DNA of 62,968 bases, the filler included, from Octopus bimaculoides (Eukaryota), in the NCBI RefSeq assembly GCF_001194135.2. It is 7 parts of 7 records of this genome, joined end to end, with 100 filler letters (N's around TTAATTAATTAA, not from the genome) between each part and the next. Parts side by side here need not be neighbours in the genome. Positions count along the whole stretch, not along the records: positions 1 to 26,646 come from NC_068981.1; 6 more parts are not named here. One strand, written 5' to 3'. Every line of letters begins with the position of its first letter. The first letter of the stretch is position 1. Of the stretch, positions 11,356-23,319 are shown in pieces. Position numbers and translations under genes: made by a program. The notes under the pieces are model-generated. The model was not told the origin of the DNA and ran no database searches. It worked only from the letters and a program-made list of their open reading frames with translations.

Positions 11356-13039
11356 AAATGTATACATATAGATATATATGTACACGTATATGTACAGATA
11401 TATATATACATATAGTTCTATATGCATACATGTATATATATACACATGTATAGATGTATATATATATATAGATGTACATGTAATATGTACACATATATAC
11501 ATGCATACAGATATCTATACATATATACACCCATACACACGTACACATGCACACAAACTCACACATTAGTCATTTGTTTTCTTATCCAAAGCTACGTCAA
11601 AAGTACTGAAATTTGGAAATTATATTCTATGCATAACGGCCATAACCCCCCATGAAAATTCATATATTTTTGATGTTGATGAAATTTTAACCATACATTT
11701 TACACACAAATAAAGTAATATTTCTAAAATTTCTTTTTCTTAGAAGTTACAAAGACCCCTTCATGGGGACTTCACACCCACAATTTAGTCATTTTTCCTA
11801 AGGAAAGACGAATACAGCTGTACCATTGGAAACTATAGGGTCAACCGAACATAACAGACGAGCATTATTTGTAATTCAACGGTACAACAGTGTAAGACTA
11901 TCCTTTCAGATATAATTACATTGTGATTTCTGCAATGTGGTGCATAAATTGTCAAGTAAATGAGACGCATCTTTGTCTCCACTGATCCACTTGCAAAGTG
12001 TTGAGTAAAATTATTTCGTTGCAGGCCTCCTTTGAGTCTTTTTATTATCACTGGGACACACATAGTCCCCAGTTGGTAACATTGAAATTTTGGAACATGC
12101 GCATAAAGATCAATAGTATGGGATACATGTCTCATGATTAGAATTTTTTTAGGGTGTGTAAAGAAGGAAAGAACCNNNNNNNNNNNNNNNNNNNNNNNNN
12201 NNNNNNNNNNNNNNNNNNNNNNNNNNNNNNNNNNNNNNNNNNNNNNNNNNNNNNNNNNNNNNNNNNNNNNNNNNNNNNNNNNNNNNNNNNNNNNNNNNNN
12301 NNNNNNNNNNNNNNNNNNNNNNNNNNNNNNNNNNNNNNNNNNNNNNNNNNNNNNNNNNNNNNNNNNNNNNNNNNNNNNNNNNNNNNNNNNNNNNNNNNNN
12401 NNNNNNNNNNNNNNNNNNNNNNNNNNNNNNNNNNNNNNNNNNNNNNNNNNNNNNNNTATATATATATAACTTCACAGACGACCGCGACAATATCAAGAAC
12501 ACGACAAATAACGACAGCAGCAGCGGCGGTAAAAACAATGGCAATAACAACATCTGCCACGATGGTAACATCGTGGACGATCACACAAACACAGAGAGAT
12601 ACAGGAACTGTGCCAAATTTTCGGGTCCCGGGACAGTAACAGCATAACAGAGTGAGAAGATGGTGCTGAGGGGAAGGCAATACTGCTGCTAAGAACAATG
12701 ACATACACACACACATACACACATGCACACACACGCACGCACATAAATACGGACGCAAACGCATGTGCACATAAGGATATACCTCATAGAAGAACAGAAT
12801 GGAGTAAGTGGAGCAAGAGCACACACGAAAACAAAAATGGTGTTACAGAAAAATGTGTCACAGATGTGTGATAGAAGGATTTTCGGAAAATGGACATGAG
12901 TTAAAACCTGAACAGTAATAAACGAGTGAAGAACAAATATATAGTGCGTGTGCTTTTTTGGCAAGAAAAGAAAATGCCCATCCCGAAATACAACGATATC
13001 TGTTTCACATCAGGAGTCTTGCAACACAAATTAATTAAC

Positions 13040-13069
<30 letters not shown>

Positions 13070-13073
<4 letters not shown>

Positions 13074-13340
13074 GGAATTTATAAAAAGCAAAAAACGAAG
13101 ACAGGTGTGCAAACAACAAATACGTGTATTAGTTTAACGCTCGGGAGAGTGAGTAAGTCTTTTACGTTTCGAGCCTTCACTCTCCAACAGAAAGGAAGAC
13201 GAGAAAATAAACAGAGAGAGAATAAAAAAAGAAAGCTTTAGTAGCTAGAGGTCAATCATGGCGATGGCCGGACAGAGATGGTCAGACAGGAGAGCTAGGA
13301 AGAAGGGGAAATAATAAAGTATTGGTGATCCCAAATGTAT
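13070..13340 (-). mobile_element. Penelope-like terminal-repeat fragment containing a degenerate minimal hammerhead motif, adjacent to (TA)n
   Basis: Minus strand 13194-13159 reads CTTT-CTGTTGG-A-GAGT-gaag-GCTC-GAAA-CGTA-AAAG; stems I and II pair, but the core deviates from CUGANGA. Confidence 0.45.
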
Positions 13341-13434
13341 ATATATTATAATAATAAAGGGTAAAAATCATTAATGATTCTTACCAGGTGGTGAGCGCGG
13401 AAATAAAAACGTCATAGGTAAATTTTGCAAATAT

Positions 13435-14075
13435 TTTATAATTATATACATAATTATAACAAGGCCTTAGCTATGTGCCTCACCACGCACTGAAAAAATA
13501 GACGTCAAAAGACACTATTACCACCATAAAATCTCCGAGAATAACACACCACATAATAGGCTAACAAAAGAAAGAAAATAAATTAAAACTTTCGGTTATC
13601 CGCGTACAAGATCTTGTTTCCAGCTCAAAGTAAAAAAAAATATTACCGAATGCTTTCATCAGTGACGGTATTCCATAGCATAAATTCACGAGTGTCCATG
13701 AATATGTAAGCAAGCTGCGACGTCGCTTAACTAATATCTATTCACACTCGTAGAAATATACTGCAAAGTAGAATTCACATCCTTCCTTTATACCAACGTG
13801 TAGTGTGACAAGACCAATTCTGTCGTTAATACAGTTTCGATCAAGGAGTGAATTTTTCAAATATTAATTATAATAATGAAGAGCAAAGCCGCTGATGAAA
13901 GCAATAGGTAATATTTTTTCTACTTTAAGCTGGAAACAGGATCTTGTACGCGGTTAACCGAAAGTTTTTAACGGACATTTTATGGTGGTAATAGTGTCTT
14001 TTCACGTCTATTTTTTCAGTACATAGTAAGGCACATAGCAAAACCCTTGTTATAATTAAGTATATAATAAAAAAA
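13435..14075. mobile_element. Foldback/MITE-like element with about 190-bp inverted arms and about 235-bp spacer
   Basis: 13441-13652 (with an about 45-bp insertion) is the reverse complement of about 13890-14066, e.g. ctatgtgcc...gacactattaccaccataaaa versus ttttatggtggtaatagtgtc...ggcacatag. Confidence 0.75.
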
Positions 14076-15133
14076 ATGTATATATNNNNNNNNNNNNNNN
14101 NNNNNNNNNNNNNNNNNNNNNNNNNNNNNNNNNNNNNNNNNNNNNNNNNNNNNNNNNNNNNNNNNNNNNNNNNNNNNNNNNNNNNNNNNNNNNNNNNNNN
14201 NNNNNNNNNNNNNNNNNNNNTATATATAAATATATATATATATGTATGTATGTATGTATACATGTATGTATATATATATACATATATATTCACACACACA
14301 TATATGTATACATATATATACATATAAATATATATTATATATATATATACTATATTATATATATGCATGTATATCCTATATTTATACATGTGATATTTCT
14401 TCCTGTGCCTGTGAAATCTTGTATCCCGGCTGTAAGGCCTTATTTTCATATACGCCAGCTTAATTTTACTTGTCCAGTTGAAAGACATCTGTTGCTATGT
14501 CCCGTTATTATTCCTACTGTATTTCTGTAACATTGTTCGCTTTTTCCGTCCTTGTTTTTGTATACATTCGCTGCTTTCTCCCATGGAATCTAATGCACTT
14601 AGCTTAGTTTTTCCTTGGAGCTGGCCAGATTGGAGCAATATCGAGAATAACCAGCCGAAATTGCAAGGATAATCTGGATCTCGACTGAAGAGAGAAAACT
14701 CCGAATGACGTGTCCAAGTTTTCTTTGTATCGTCTATCTGTATGTTTTGTCCCTTTCTTGCATCACCTAACTGTCTGGATGTTTTGCGTTCTTGTCCCAT
14801 TCTGTATTAAATATATATTTTAGGCGTTGTATATAATATATCGGTCCCTTTAGCCAGACTGCGAACTTATGGGGATGTAAACATACCATCAACGGTTGGC
14901 AAACGATGTTATGGAAAATACACATGCACAAAGATACACATGTATACACAAATGCAAACACTTATACACTCACATATAAACACACAAACACACATTTTCT
15001 ACGGGCTCCTTTCAGTTTGTCAACCAAATTATCTTAAAAGGCTACCACGCAGCGGGACTGAACCTGGAACCATTTGACTGGAAAGCAAACTTATCACACA
15101 GGTCCAGTTACATCCTCCCACATATATATATGG

Positions 15134-15440
15134 GAGACCCCCTTCGGTCATGAATGACCATGGGATTGCGCCTAGAAACTTACCCTCCGAGGTACAAGTC
15201 CGGGCAAGGTTGTTTATGGAAGGCCAGCAGTCACACCACTGATGTTATCCAAGAGAAAGGCAAAGGTCTATACAGCTCGGTACCAGTGATGTCGCAACTC
15301 ATTTCTACAGCCAAGTGAACGGGAACAACGTGAAATAAAGTGTCTTGCTCAAGAACACAATACGCAACCCGGTCCGGGATTCGAACTCACAACCTCACGA
15401 TCGTAAGCTCGACGCTCTAACCACTGAGCCATGCGCCTTC
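15134..15440 (-). mobile_element. Full-length tRNA-derived SINE (family D); related copies at about 8440-8745(-), 15583-15800(+), 51205-51375(-)
   Basis: Head GGCGCATGGCTCAGTGGTTAGAGCG...GAGTTCGAATCCC has Pol III A and B boxes, then the body gtgttcttgagcaagacactttatttcacgttg shared by the other copies. Confidence 0.75.
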
Positions 15441-15499
15441 ACACACACACACNNNNNNNNNNTTTATATATATACTACACAGACACGCATACTCAGACA

Positions 15500-15558
<59 letters not shown>

Positions 15559-15877
15559 ACACACACATATATATATATATGAAGGTCGTAGCCTAGTGGT
15601 TATGGTGATGCACTCACGATCGCAAGATTCTGGTGTCAATTATAAAGCCAGCTTTGTATCCTGGAGTAAAACGCTTCATTTCACGTTACTCCGCTCCACT
15701 CGGTTATAAATCGGTAGCCCTACGGCGAACTGGCTTCTCGTTCAGAGGAAACTTTGGGCTACTCACCTAACCAGTAGGTTGGCGACATTTGAAAGCTACA
15801 AAACTACAACATTGTGAGGAAGCGTATTGTAGTCAGCAGTGTATAACAACAACTGGTAGTCTGGTCGATATATACAC

Positions 15878-17163
15878 ACTAGCTGGTGTACCCGGTAATT
15901 CCCGGGGGTAAAGATGTTCTATTGAAACGCCTTGTTACTCTGATATAAGGAAGTAATTTCATTATAACTGCCACAAAACGTGTATTTTCCGTCGCGAAAA
16001 AGTACAAAAAACTGTCAGCTGGAGGAGGGAGAGATTGTTGGAGGTTGACGAGAAAGTACTCCGACTCATCGTGGCATTTTAAAGGTGAACTCTATGAAGG
16101 CTAATTTATTAAAGGTAAAATATAAATGTAGTATATATGTATATAAATATATGAATGAAGTGTTCAATGTTTAAGAATGAAATGAAGAAAGTGCAATAAT
16201 GACGTTCACACTCACTGATGGTTGCTCTCAGTAACTACCGTTAGCTTATGGAGTTCTTGTTTTTATAGCTATCGAAAAGCAGCCAGAAGGATATACATAT
16301 TGTTGAGAACAAATGATTTCGTTGGAGGTCTGTTATCTCCATTCCAGCCCCTGGTGGCCTAGAAGAGATTAAAAGGGTCAAGTGGCAAAGACATTATTCT
16401 ACAGAGCGAAGGCATCTAGGTAATGTATAACTGCTGTCATTCACAGAAAAGCTATTGTTTTACCGTGAGAAAAGCGCTGTTCAAGTGTTAAGTGAAATTT
16501 GGCAACCGAGGATTGAATCCACGCTGTGCCTTCATGAATCCACTACAAATACGTTGTGGAATAAAAAAAAAAAAACTCTCTACTGTCATGGAAAAAGTGT
16601 AGCTGTAAAAATGTAGAATTATCGGAGTAATGGGCATTCAAAAAAGTATGTATGTATAGAAATGTATGAATGAAGTCTTTAAGGTTTATGATTCAAATCA
16701 AGCAAGTGAAATAATAATGTTTAGCAGTTCAAAACTGAGTAGTGAAATGCAGAATTAGGTCGGCTGATCGTGAGAATCAAATATTGATCATTTCACTAAA
16801 AACTGCAGGCGGTATGGGTTATTTCCCTTGAGTTGTTTAAATAAATATAAGTAATATGTAAACTGTGAATAGTGAAATGCAGAATTAAGTCCGCTGATCT
16901 TGAGAATCAAATATTGATCGCTTCGCTAAAAACTAACAACTGTAAATGCAGGTGCTATGGGTTATTTCCCTTGGGTGTTTTAAAAAAAATTAGTTATATG
17001 AGGTAGATATAAAGATTTTTTCAACAATCTAAGTATGTCACGAGGTTTCTGGACATGAGTTCTACCCAAGTGTCAAGTTTCATCAAAATCAATAAACCGA
17101 TGTAGGAGGAGTTAGCTAACGACGCCACAAACAAACATACACCAATTTTCCACATATGTAGTA
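15878..17163 (+). mobile_element. Putative non-autonomous Helitron-like element with an internal 130-bp tandem duplication (16741-16870 / 16871-about 16980)
   Basis: The 5' end ACTAGCTGGTGTACCCGGTAATTCCCGGG and the 3' block AAGTTTCATCAAAATC...GTAGGAGGAGTT...ACAAACAAACATAC resemble recalled Lep1/HINE-type Helitron ends. The duplicated unit agtgaaatgcagaatta.. is seen directly. Confidence 0.45.
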
Positions 17164-18945
17164 CATATATATATATGATGGCCTCTCCCGTCGGTTTCGA
17201 CGTATGCAGCTCCGACAACGTACTTTTTTTTGTCAGTCATAATCCTTATGTCGAATTTGACATTTACGTCCCGCCGACGATTTGCAAAGAAGGCCACAAA
17301 TATTGCAAGTTCGAGGATTACAGGTCAGTGTAGGTAGTATATTTGCAGCCGCTTTTCTCCTTTGCCATGCACCCCGAAGCCTATTAATGCTGATTGCAAC
17401 AAAGTTTTTAATACCATTTTGACACAATGATCTCCATTTTGTTCGTACCAAGACTCAAAGTTGTTGTGAGCTGCCTTCATCACCAAGAGGCTACTCTTCA
17501 GTTTGTCCTTATATCTGAGCCATGGTCGACCAACATTCTTGTGTCCACTCTCATGCTGGCTGTACATGAGGACTTTGGGTATTCTTTCGTCACTCACTAT
17601 GACGACATGGCCAGTCCAGCGCAATCGTGATTGAATAAGGAAACTCTCAATTCCACCAATCTTACACTTGTTAAACAACTCGGCATTAGAAACTTTGTCT
17701 TTTAGTGAATAACCACAGATTGTCCTCAGACAGTCTTTGTGGAAGATGTCTAGTTGGTTAATGTCCACCATGTTTGTAAATTTCAGGAAAGATAGCATCC
17801 CTGCCAGGTGCTTTATCAGAAGAGATGTGTTAATAGAGTTGACATCTTTCAGAAAGGTTGGCTCCAGAGACAGTTTCGGTATTACAGTGTGCTGTGGAAC
17901 AGACATTATGACGTCATCATTAGTGACTGAGGTGGAGTTTAACAAAGTGATATTTCCATCGTTTTAAGATGTCAGATTTCTCAGTCAGGAGTGTCTCTCT
18001 ATTCGATGAAAAATTAGGAGTAACACCGTGCTCTTGAGGACTATACACTTTCTTGAAGCCTTCATAAAGGCTTTAGAATCCTTTCTGCCTGCAACTTCTT
18101 GGATCACATGTTCCTGCAAGACGAGTTTCACTGAGAGCAGTTATGCCAATGGATTTCTTTAGTTCAAGGGCAACCAGTGCTGCTTTTCGTTCTGGTGCTG
18201 AGTGACTGTCTCGGAGAGTGCCCACATTCCAAGAGCCAAGGTTAATATTCTTAGCTTTCTTCGTGTATCGATTGCGTTGCTGAATAACCGGACAGCTGCA
18301 GCGGGCTGACAAGTTTAAGGTGAGTAAGCAATGTTTGGGGATCCTTTTCTTGCCTCTTCCCCTGTTGGGGAAAGCAGTGCTGTGTTTAAATAGACCTGCT
18401 TTGTCAGCACTGGAGGACACGGACAGCACAGTTACTCACAAGTTCTGTGCTGGAACGGCTGTCACCCAATGGTCGCCGACTGTAGAGACCCAGCAAGAGA
18501 CTTCCAGTAATATCCTTTACCTGTCCCTTCCACTTTCACTCTCTCATCAGAGGACTTTGGAATTTTTTCAAGTTGAAGCAATGCTGTATTCAATGAGTAA
18601 ATGTAAATTGTCAGAAAACTCACACAGATGATTTGATTTGAGTGTTGAAGGCTTGTGTAGAACCAGCCACACTTTTTGGAAGTGATGACAGCAAGAATAT
18701 GGTACACATATGTGCCACAATACCAAGAACAACACACCTCAGGCTTTTTCCTCAGAGGTTTCCACCTCCTAGACGAGCCGCTATAAACAAGCTGGAGAGC
18801 CTAGTCTACCCTATGAGTTAGAGTTTGCTGATAGTACAGACTTGCTAAGGAGACCCTCAGCAACCAAAGACCTGGTTTTATATCAGAGTTTCCCTCTCCT
18901 AGATGGGATGCCTTCCCACACGGTTAAGGAGCCTCATCTTCCCCC
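17164..18945 (-). mobile_element. RTE-clade LINE with intact-looking ends but two large internal deletions (most of APE, whole RT core)
   Basis: 5' region with two CTAGGAG(A/G)..GGAAAC motifs; APE start NINLGSWNVGTLRD..PERKAALVALEL..ALSETRLAG; linker RKDSKAFYEGFKKVY..KAPGRDAIFPEIYKHGG; C-terminus QLDIFHKDCLRTI..QSRLRWTGHV..RIPK..GRPWLRYKD; (TA)n tail. Confidence 0.82.
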
Positions 18946-19195
18946 TAATATATGGAATTAAATACATCAGGACAAAAATTACACACACACACACACACAT
19001 ATAGCTGGATGACTGTTGACCACTCATGAGTTCCTCCGCCCTTTATGACAGGTTTTATTTTCCGTCCTGCAGGGTGTCCAACTATCACCCTCCTCACCAA
19101 GCAAGCTTGGTGGGGTTGCCAGTTTAGTCGTCGACGACCCAACCATGTAACAGGGTGTACTGGGTTACAGGTTACCAGTAGCGAACAAGAGTGAC

Positions 19196-19240
19196 TAATA
19201 GCACTCGAGAGCGACCTGCTTTTTTTTTCTATCGTTCTAC

Positions 19241-19280
<40 letters not shown>

Positions 19281-19909
19281 TTGACCTGCCGGACTTTGAA
19301 GCTTTACAAATCTAAGCTTCCCCTTTTTCCTTCGCTAGACTAATTCTTTTTAACATAGCAACGTACTGCTATACGCATACATGCCTAAATCTTTTGCAGT
19401 CAGGTGTGGCCATTTCTCTGAAAAAAAAAAGCATTTTCATTTTTTTCTTTCATGAATTTATTAACTAGAGATCTAAATCTTCCAGCTTGCTGATTCGTAA
19501 GTCACTGACAAGTTATCTTTATGCTCCTCTGTCCCCACACCTCTCACTTTATCTATCTACTTCTCCAACTCTTTATCGATGCCTTGTTGGACTTAGAAAT
19601 TTGTCAAGCGTAAGCTTCTCCTTTTTCCTTCACTAGGCCAATTTAAAAAAAAATATAGCAACGTATTACAATACGCGTACATGCCTATGTCTTTTGCAGA
19701 CTAGTGTGGCCATCTCTCTTCATTAACTAGAGATCTGTATCTTCTAGCTTACTCTCATTGTTCACGTAATCTCTCCCGCCCGCTCCCTAACAACTAGCTG
19801 ATAAACCAAACCAAACAGCTTGTGTGAGTTGCCCTTTACTGCAAGGAGGTCTCCTTAGGCACCCCCACCCCCTGAAAAACAAAAGTCACGTCGCTCCCGT
19901 GTGCTATTA
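19196..19909. mobile_element. Putative MITE with 20-bp TIRs and an internal diverged direct duplication
   Basis: TAATAGCACTCGAGAGCGAC (19196-19215) versus GTCGCTCCCGTGTGCTATTA (19890-19909) match at 18/20 inverted. About 19305-19490 resembles about 19605-19750. Confidence 0.5.
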
Positions 19910-19913
19910 ATAG

Positions 19914-19947
<34 letters not shown>

Positions 19948-20729
19948 NNNNNNNNNNNNNNNNNNNNNNNNNNNNNNNNNNNNNNNNNNNNNNNNNNNNN
20001 NNNNNNNNNNNNNNNNNNNNNNNNNNNNNNNNNNNNNNNNNNNNNNNNNNNNNNNNNNNNNNNNNNNNNNNNNNNNNNNNNNNNNNNNNNNNNNNNNNNN
20101 NNNNNNNNNNNNNNNNNNNNNNNNNNNNNNNNNNNNNNNNNNNNNNNNNNNNNNNNNNNNNNNNNNNNNNNNNNNNNNNNNNNNNNNNNNNNNNNNNNNN
20201 NNNNNNNNNNNNNNNNNNNNNNNNNNNNNNNNNNNNNNNNNNNNNNNNNNNNNNNNNNNNNNNNNNNNNNNNNNNNNNNNNNNNNNNNNNNNNNNNNNNN
20301 NNNNNNNNNNNNNNNNNNNNNNNNNNNNNNNNNNNNNNNNNNNNNNNNNNNNNNNNNNNNNNNNNNNNNNNNNNNNNNNNNNNNNNNNNNNNNNNNNNNN
20401 NNNNNNNNNNNNNNNNNNNNNNNNNNNNNNNNNNNNNNNNNNNNNNNNNNNNNNNNNNNNNNNNNNNNNNNNNNNNNNNNNNNNNNNNNNNNNNNNNNNN
20501 NNNNNNNNNNNNNNNNNNNNNNNNNNNNNNNNNNNNNNNNNNNNNNNNNNNNNNNNNNNNNNNNNNNNNNNNNNNNNNNNNNNNNNNNNNNNNNNNNNNN
20601 NNNNNNNNNNNNNNNNNNNNNNNNNNNNNNNNNNNNNNNNNNNNNNNNNNNNNNNNNNNNNNNNNNNNNNNNNNNNNNNNNNNNNNNNNNNNNNNNNNNN
20701 NNNNNNNNNNNNNNNNNNNNNNNNNNNNN

Positions 20730-23319
20730 CGGGACAAGGTGTCCGCGGCCGTGTTATCAGAACCTTTAACGTACCGAATGTCGGTTGAATATTGAGAGAT
20801 AAAATCAAGGTGACGGATTTCTCTCGGAGAATGTCGGTCATTCTTCGTTTTAAAAGCATAAACCAGTGGATTGTGATCCGTGTAGATGCTGAAGGCAGTC
20901 CCTTCAAGCATATGGCGAAAATGTTTAACAGAAAGGTATGCAGCGAGTAGTTCTCGTCCGAAAGTGCTGTATTTAACTTCTGCGGGCTGCAGTCGCTTGG
21001 AGAAGAAGGATAGTGGTTGCCAAATTCCATCCACAAACTGTTGCAGGATGCCGCCGATTCCAGTCTGAGAGGCGTCGACCAGTAATGCGAGTGGAGCTTC
21101 AGGTTTGGGATGAACTAGCATCGTAGCTGTAGCTAGCATATCCTTTAGCTTGTTGAAGGAGGCTAGTTGTGTGTCACATAATGTAATTGCTTGCTTCTTT
21201 TTCGTTGGTCTGTTGCGCAGGATGTCGGTAAGCGGTTGAGCTGCTTCGGCGCAGTGTGAAAGAAAACGACGGTAGAAATTCACCAGTCCCAAAAATTCAC
21301 GGAGTTTCCTTAGAGACGTTGGGACAGGAAAATTCACTATGGTTTCCACTTTGTCGGGCAGAGGACGAATTCCATCTTTGTCAACGATGTGCCCGAGGAA
21401 AGGAGAGATGAGACACCGAAAATGCATTTACTTGTGTTAATGGCTATGCCATAATCAGTCAGTCGCTGGAAAAGTTGTTGGAGGAGATCTTCGTGTTCGG
21501 CCTCAGAGGCGCTCGCTACTAGCATATCATCGATATATGCGTAGACGAAGGGTAAACCTCTTGTGACAGTGTCGATGAAACGCTGAAATGTTTGTGCTGC
21601 ATTATGTAATCCAAACGGCATTCGCAAGAATTGATATGCACCAAAAGGAGTGGCAATTGTGGTTTTGGGGACATCGGCCGGTTCAACGGGTATTTGATTG
21701 TAGGCCCGAATTAAATCTATTTTGGAGAAAATCCGTGCTCCATTCAGCGAAGCAGAAAAGTCCTGCAAGTGTGGTATGGGATAGGTGTCAGCCACTGTAG
21801 CTTTGTTGAGAGCTCTGTAATCTCCGCATGGACGCCAACCATTTGTTTCCTTCTTAGGAACTAAATGAAGGGGGCTGGACCAACTGCTGTTCGACGGTTG
21901 AATGATCCCTAGATCTAGCATGTGCTGGAATTCCTGCTTTACTATGCGCAAGCGGTTTGGGGGCAGTCTCCTCGGTCGCGATGCTACTGGTGGGCCTGTG
22001 GTCTCGATATGATGCGTGATGCCATGTTTAATCTCGGTGTTTCTAAAAACCGGCCCCGTGATATCCGGAAACTGGCGAAGAACATCCAAGTAACGTCCAG
22101 TGTGGGGAGATAAAAGGATTGGTACGACTGTGGGTATTCGTGCGGTAATGCCGCGCACAGTCAGATTGGTAGTGCTATCTACGAGTCTGCGTCGTTTAAC
22201 ATCGACCAAAAGACCAAAGTGGTGTAGAAAGTCGGCTTCTATTATAAGTGTCGGTAATTGGCAACAACGAAAATCCACTGAAATACTCGTCGAAGACCTA
22301 AATCCAGAGTCAAGGACTGTTCGCCAAAAGTCTGAATGGGAGACTGGATAACTGCGTGGAGAAAAGTTGGCGTCTGTTTCCTGTGGTCTGAGGTTAGTGA
22401 AACGGGGAGGATGCTAATCTCGGCTCCGGTATCCACGAGAAAACGGGTACCTGAGGTACGGTCGTGAATATACAACAGACGACTTTTGTTGGCTCGGCCA
22501 GGGACGTTCGTNNNNNNNNNNGAATATACAACAGACGACTTTTGTTGGCTCGGCCAGGGACGTTCGTCGTCCTTATGTCCTAGATTGGTCGTTTCCCGAA
22601 CTATGAGGGATGTTGATCTTGTATGAGCAGGGTGGCCTGCATGAACGTGCGTCCTTTCTGAATTTCGCGTTGTAGAAGTACAATCCGGAACGGCGAGTGG
22701 CGCTAGGACTTCTGGAGCGGCGTCTATTAAAATGCCGGTATGGACTGTGGTCGTGAGATGAACGGTCACGCACAGTTAACTCCTGCAACTGTGCTGCAAG
22801 TGTCTGGATCTGTGCAGACTGTTGCGCTATTAACGCGCGCAGTTCCAACATCTCAGAGGATTTCGGAGGGTCGGTGAAAGGGTTGGTCGAAGATGCTACT
22901 GGTGCAACGGTAGCAAAGGGGTTTGTCGACTCAGCAATCCTATCGGCTATTTCTGCAAGTTCCTCTATGGTGGTAGACTCCTTCGTCGATGCCAAAATGA
23001 CTTGCGTGTTAGCAGGCAGTCGCTTAACGAAAATCTGTTTCAGGATGCGATTTGGGAGGTTTTTCTCCCCAAGCAACTGTCGCATCCGGCGTAATAATTG
23101 TGATGGGTTTTGTCCCCCAATTCCTCGGCAATCAAGAGTTGGTGCAATCGTCGTTGCTCCGAGTTGCTTGTCCTTTTTATCAGCTCCGATTTGAAAGTGT
23201 CATAAGACACAGAACCTGGTGGGGCCATGATAAATTCCCTGACTTCCATCATAATTTCTGGCGATAGAGCGCCGATTAAATTAATTAATTTCGCCGCATC
23301 TGTGGTTATGTGGTTGGAG
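20730..23319 (-). mobile_element. Decayed Gypsy/Ty3 LTR retrotransposon internal region (gag, protease, RT, RNase H); both ends in N gaps, no LTRs visible
   Basis: gag (EELGDK..QLLRRMRQLLG..KRLP, degenerate knuckle AKF.KDARSCRPPC); protease [13 protein letters not shown]; [49 protein letters not shown]; RNase H VDAS..GIGGIL..FFSK..YSTFGRELLA..TDHNPL. Frameshifts near 23085 and 21420. Confidence 0.93.

Noticed and set aside
15365-15440. tRNA genes at SINE heads (also 29409-29480, 7445-7510)
   Set aside because: A and B boxes are present, but the sequence continues into shared SINE bodies and the cloverleaves are imperfect.
22466-22567. 46-bp direct repeat at the Gypsy gag/protease junction
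   Set aside because: The copies flank a 10-N gap exactly; this is an unmerged contig overlap.
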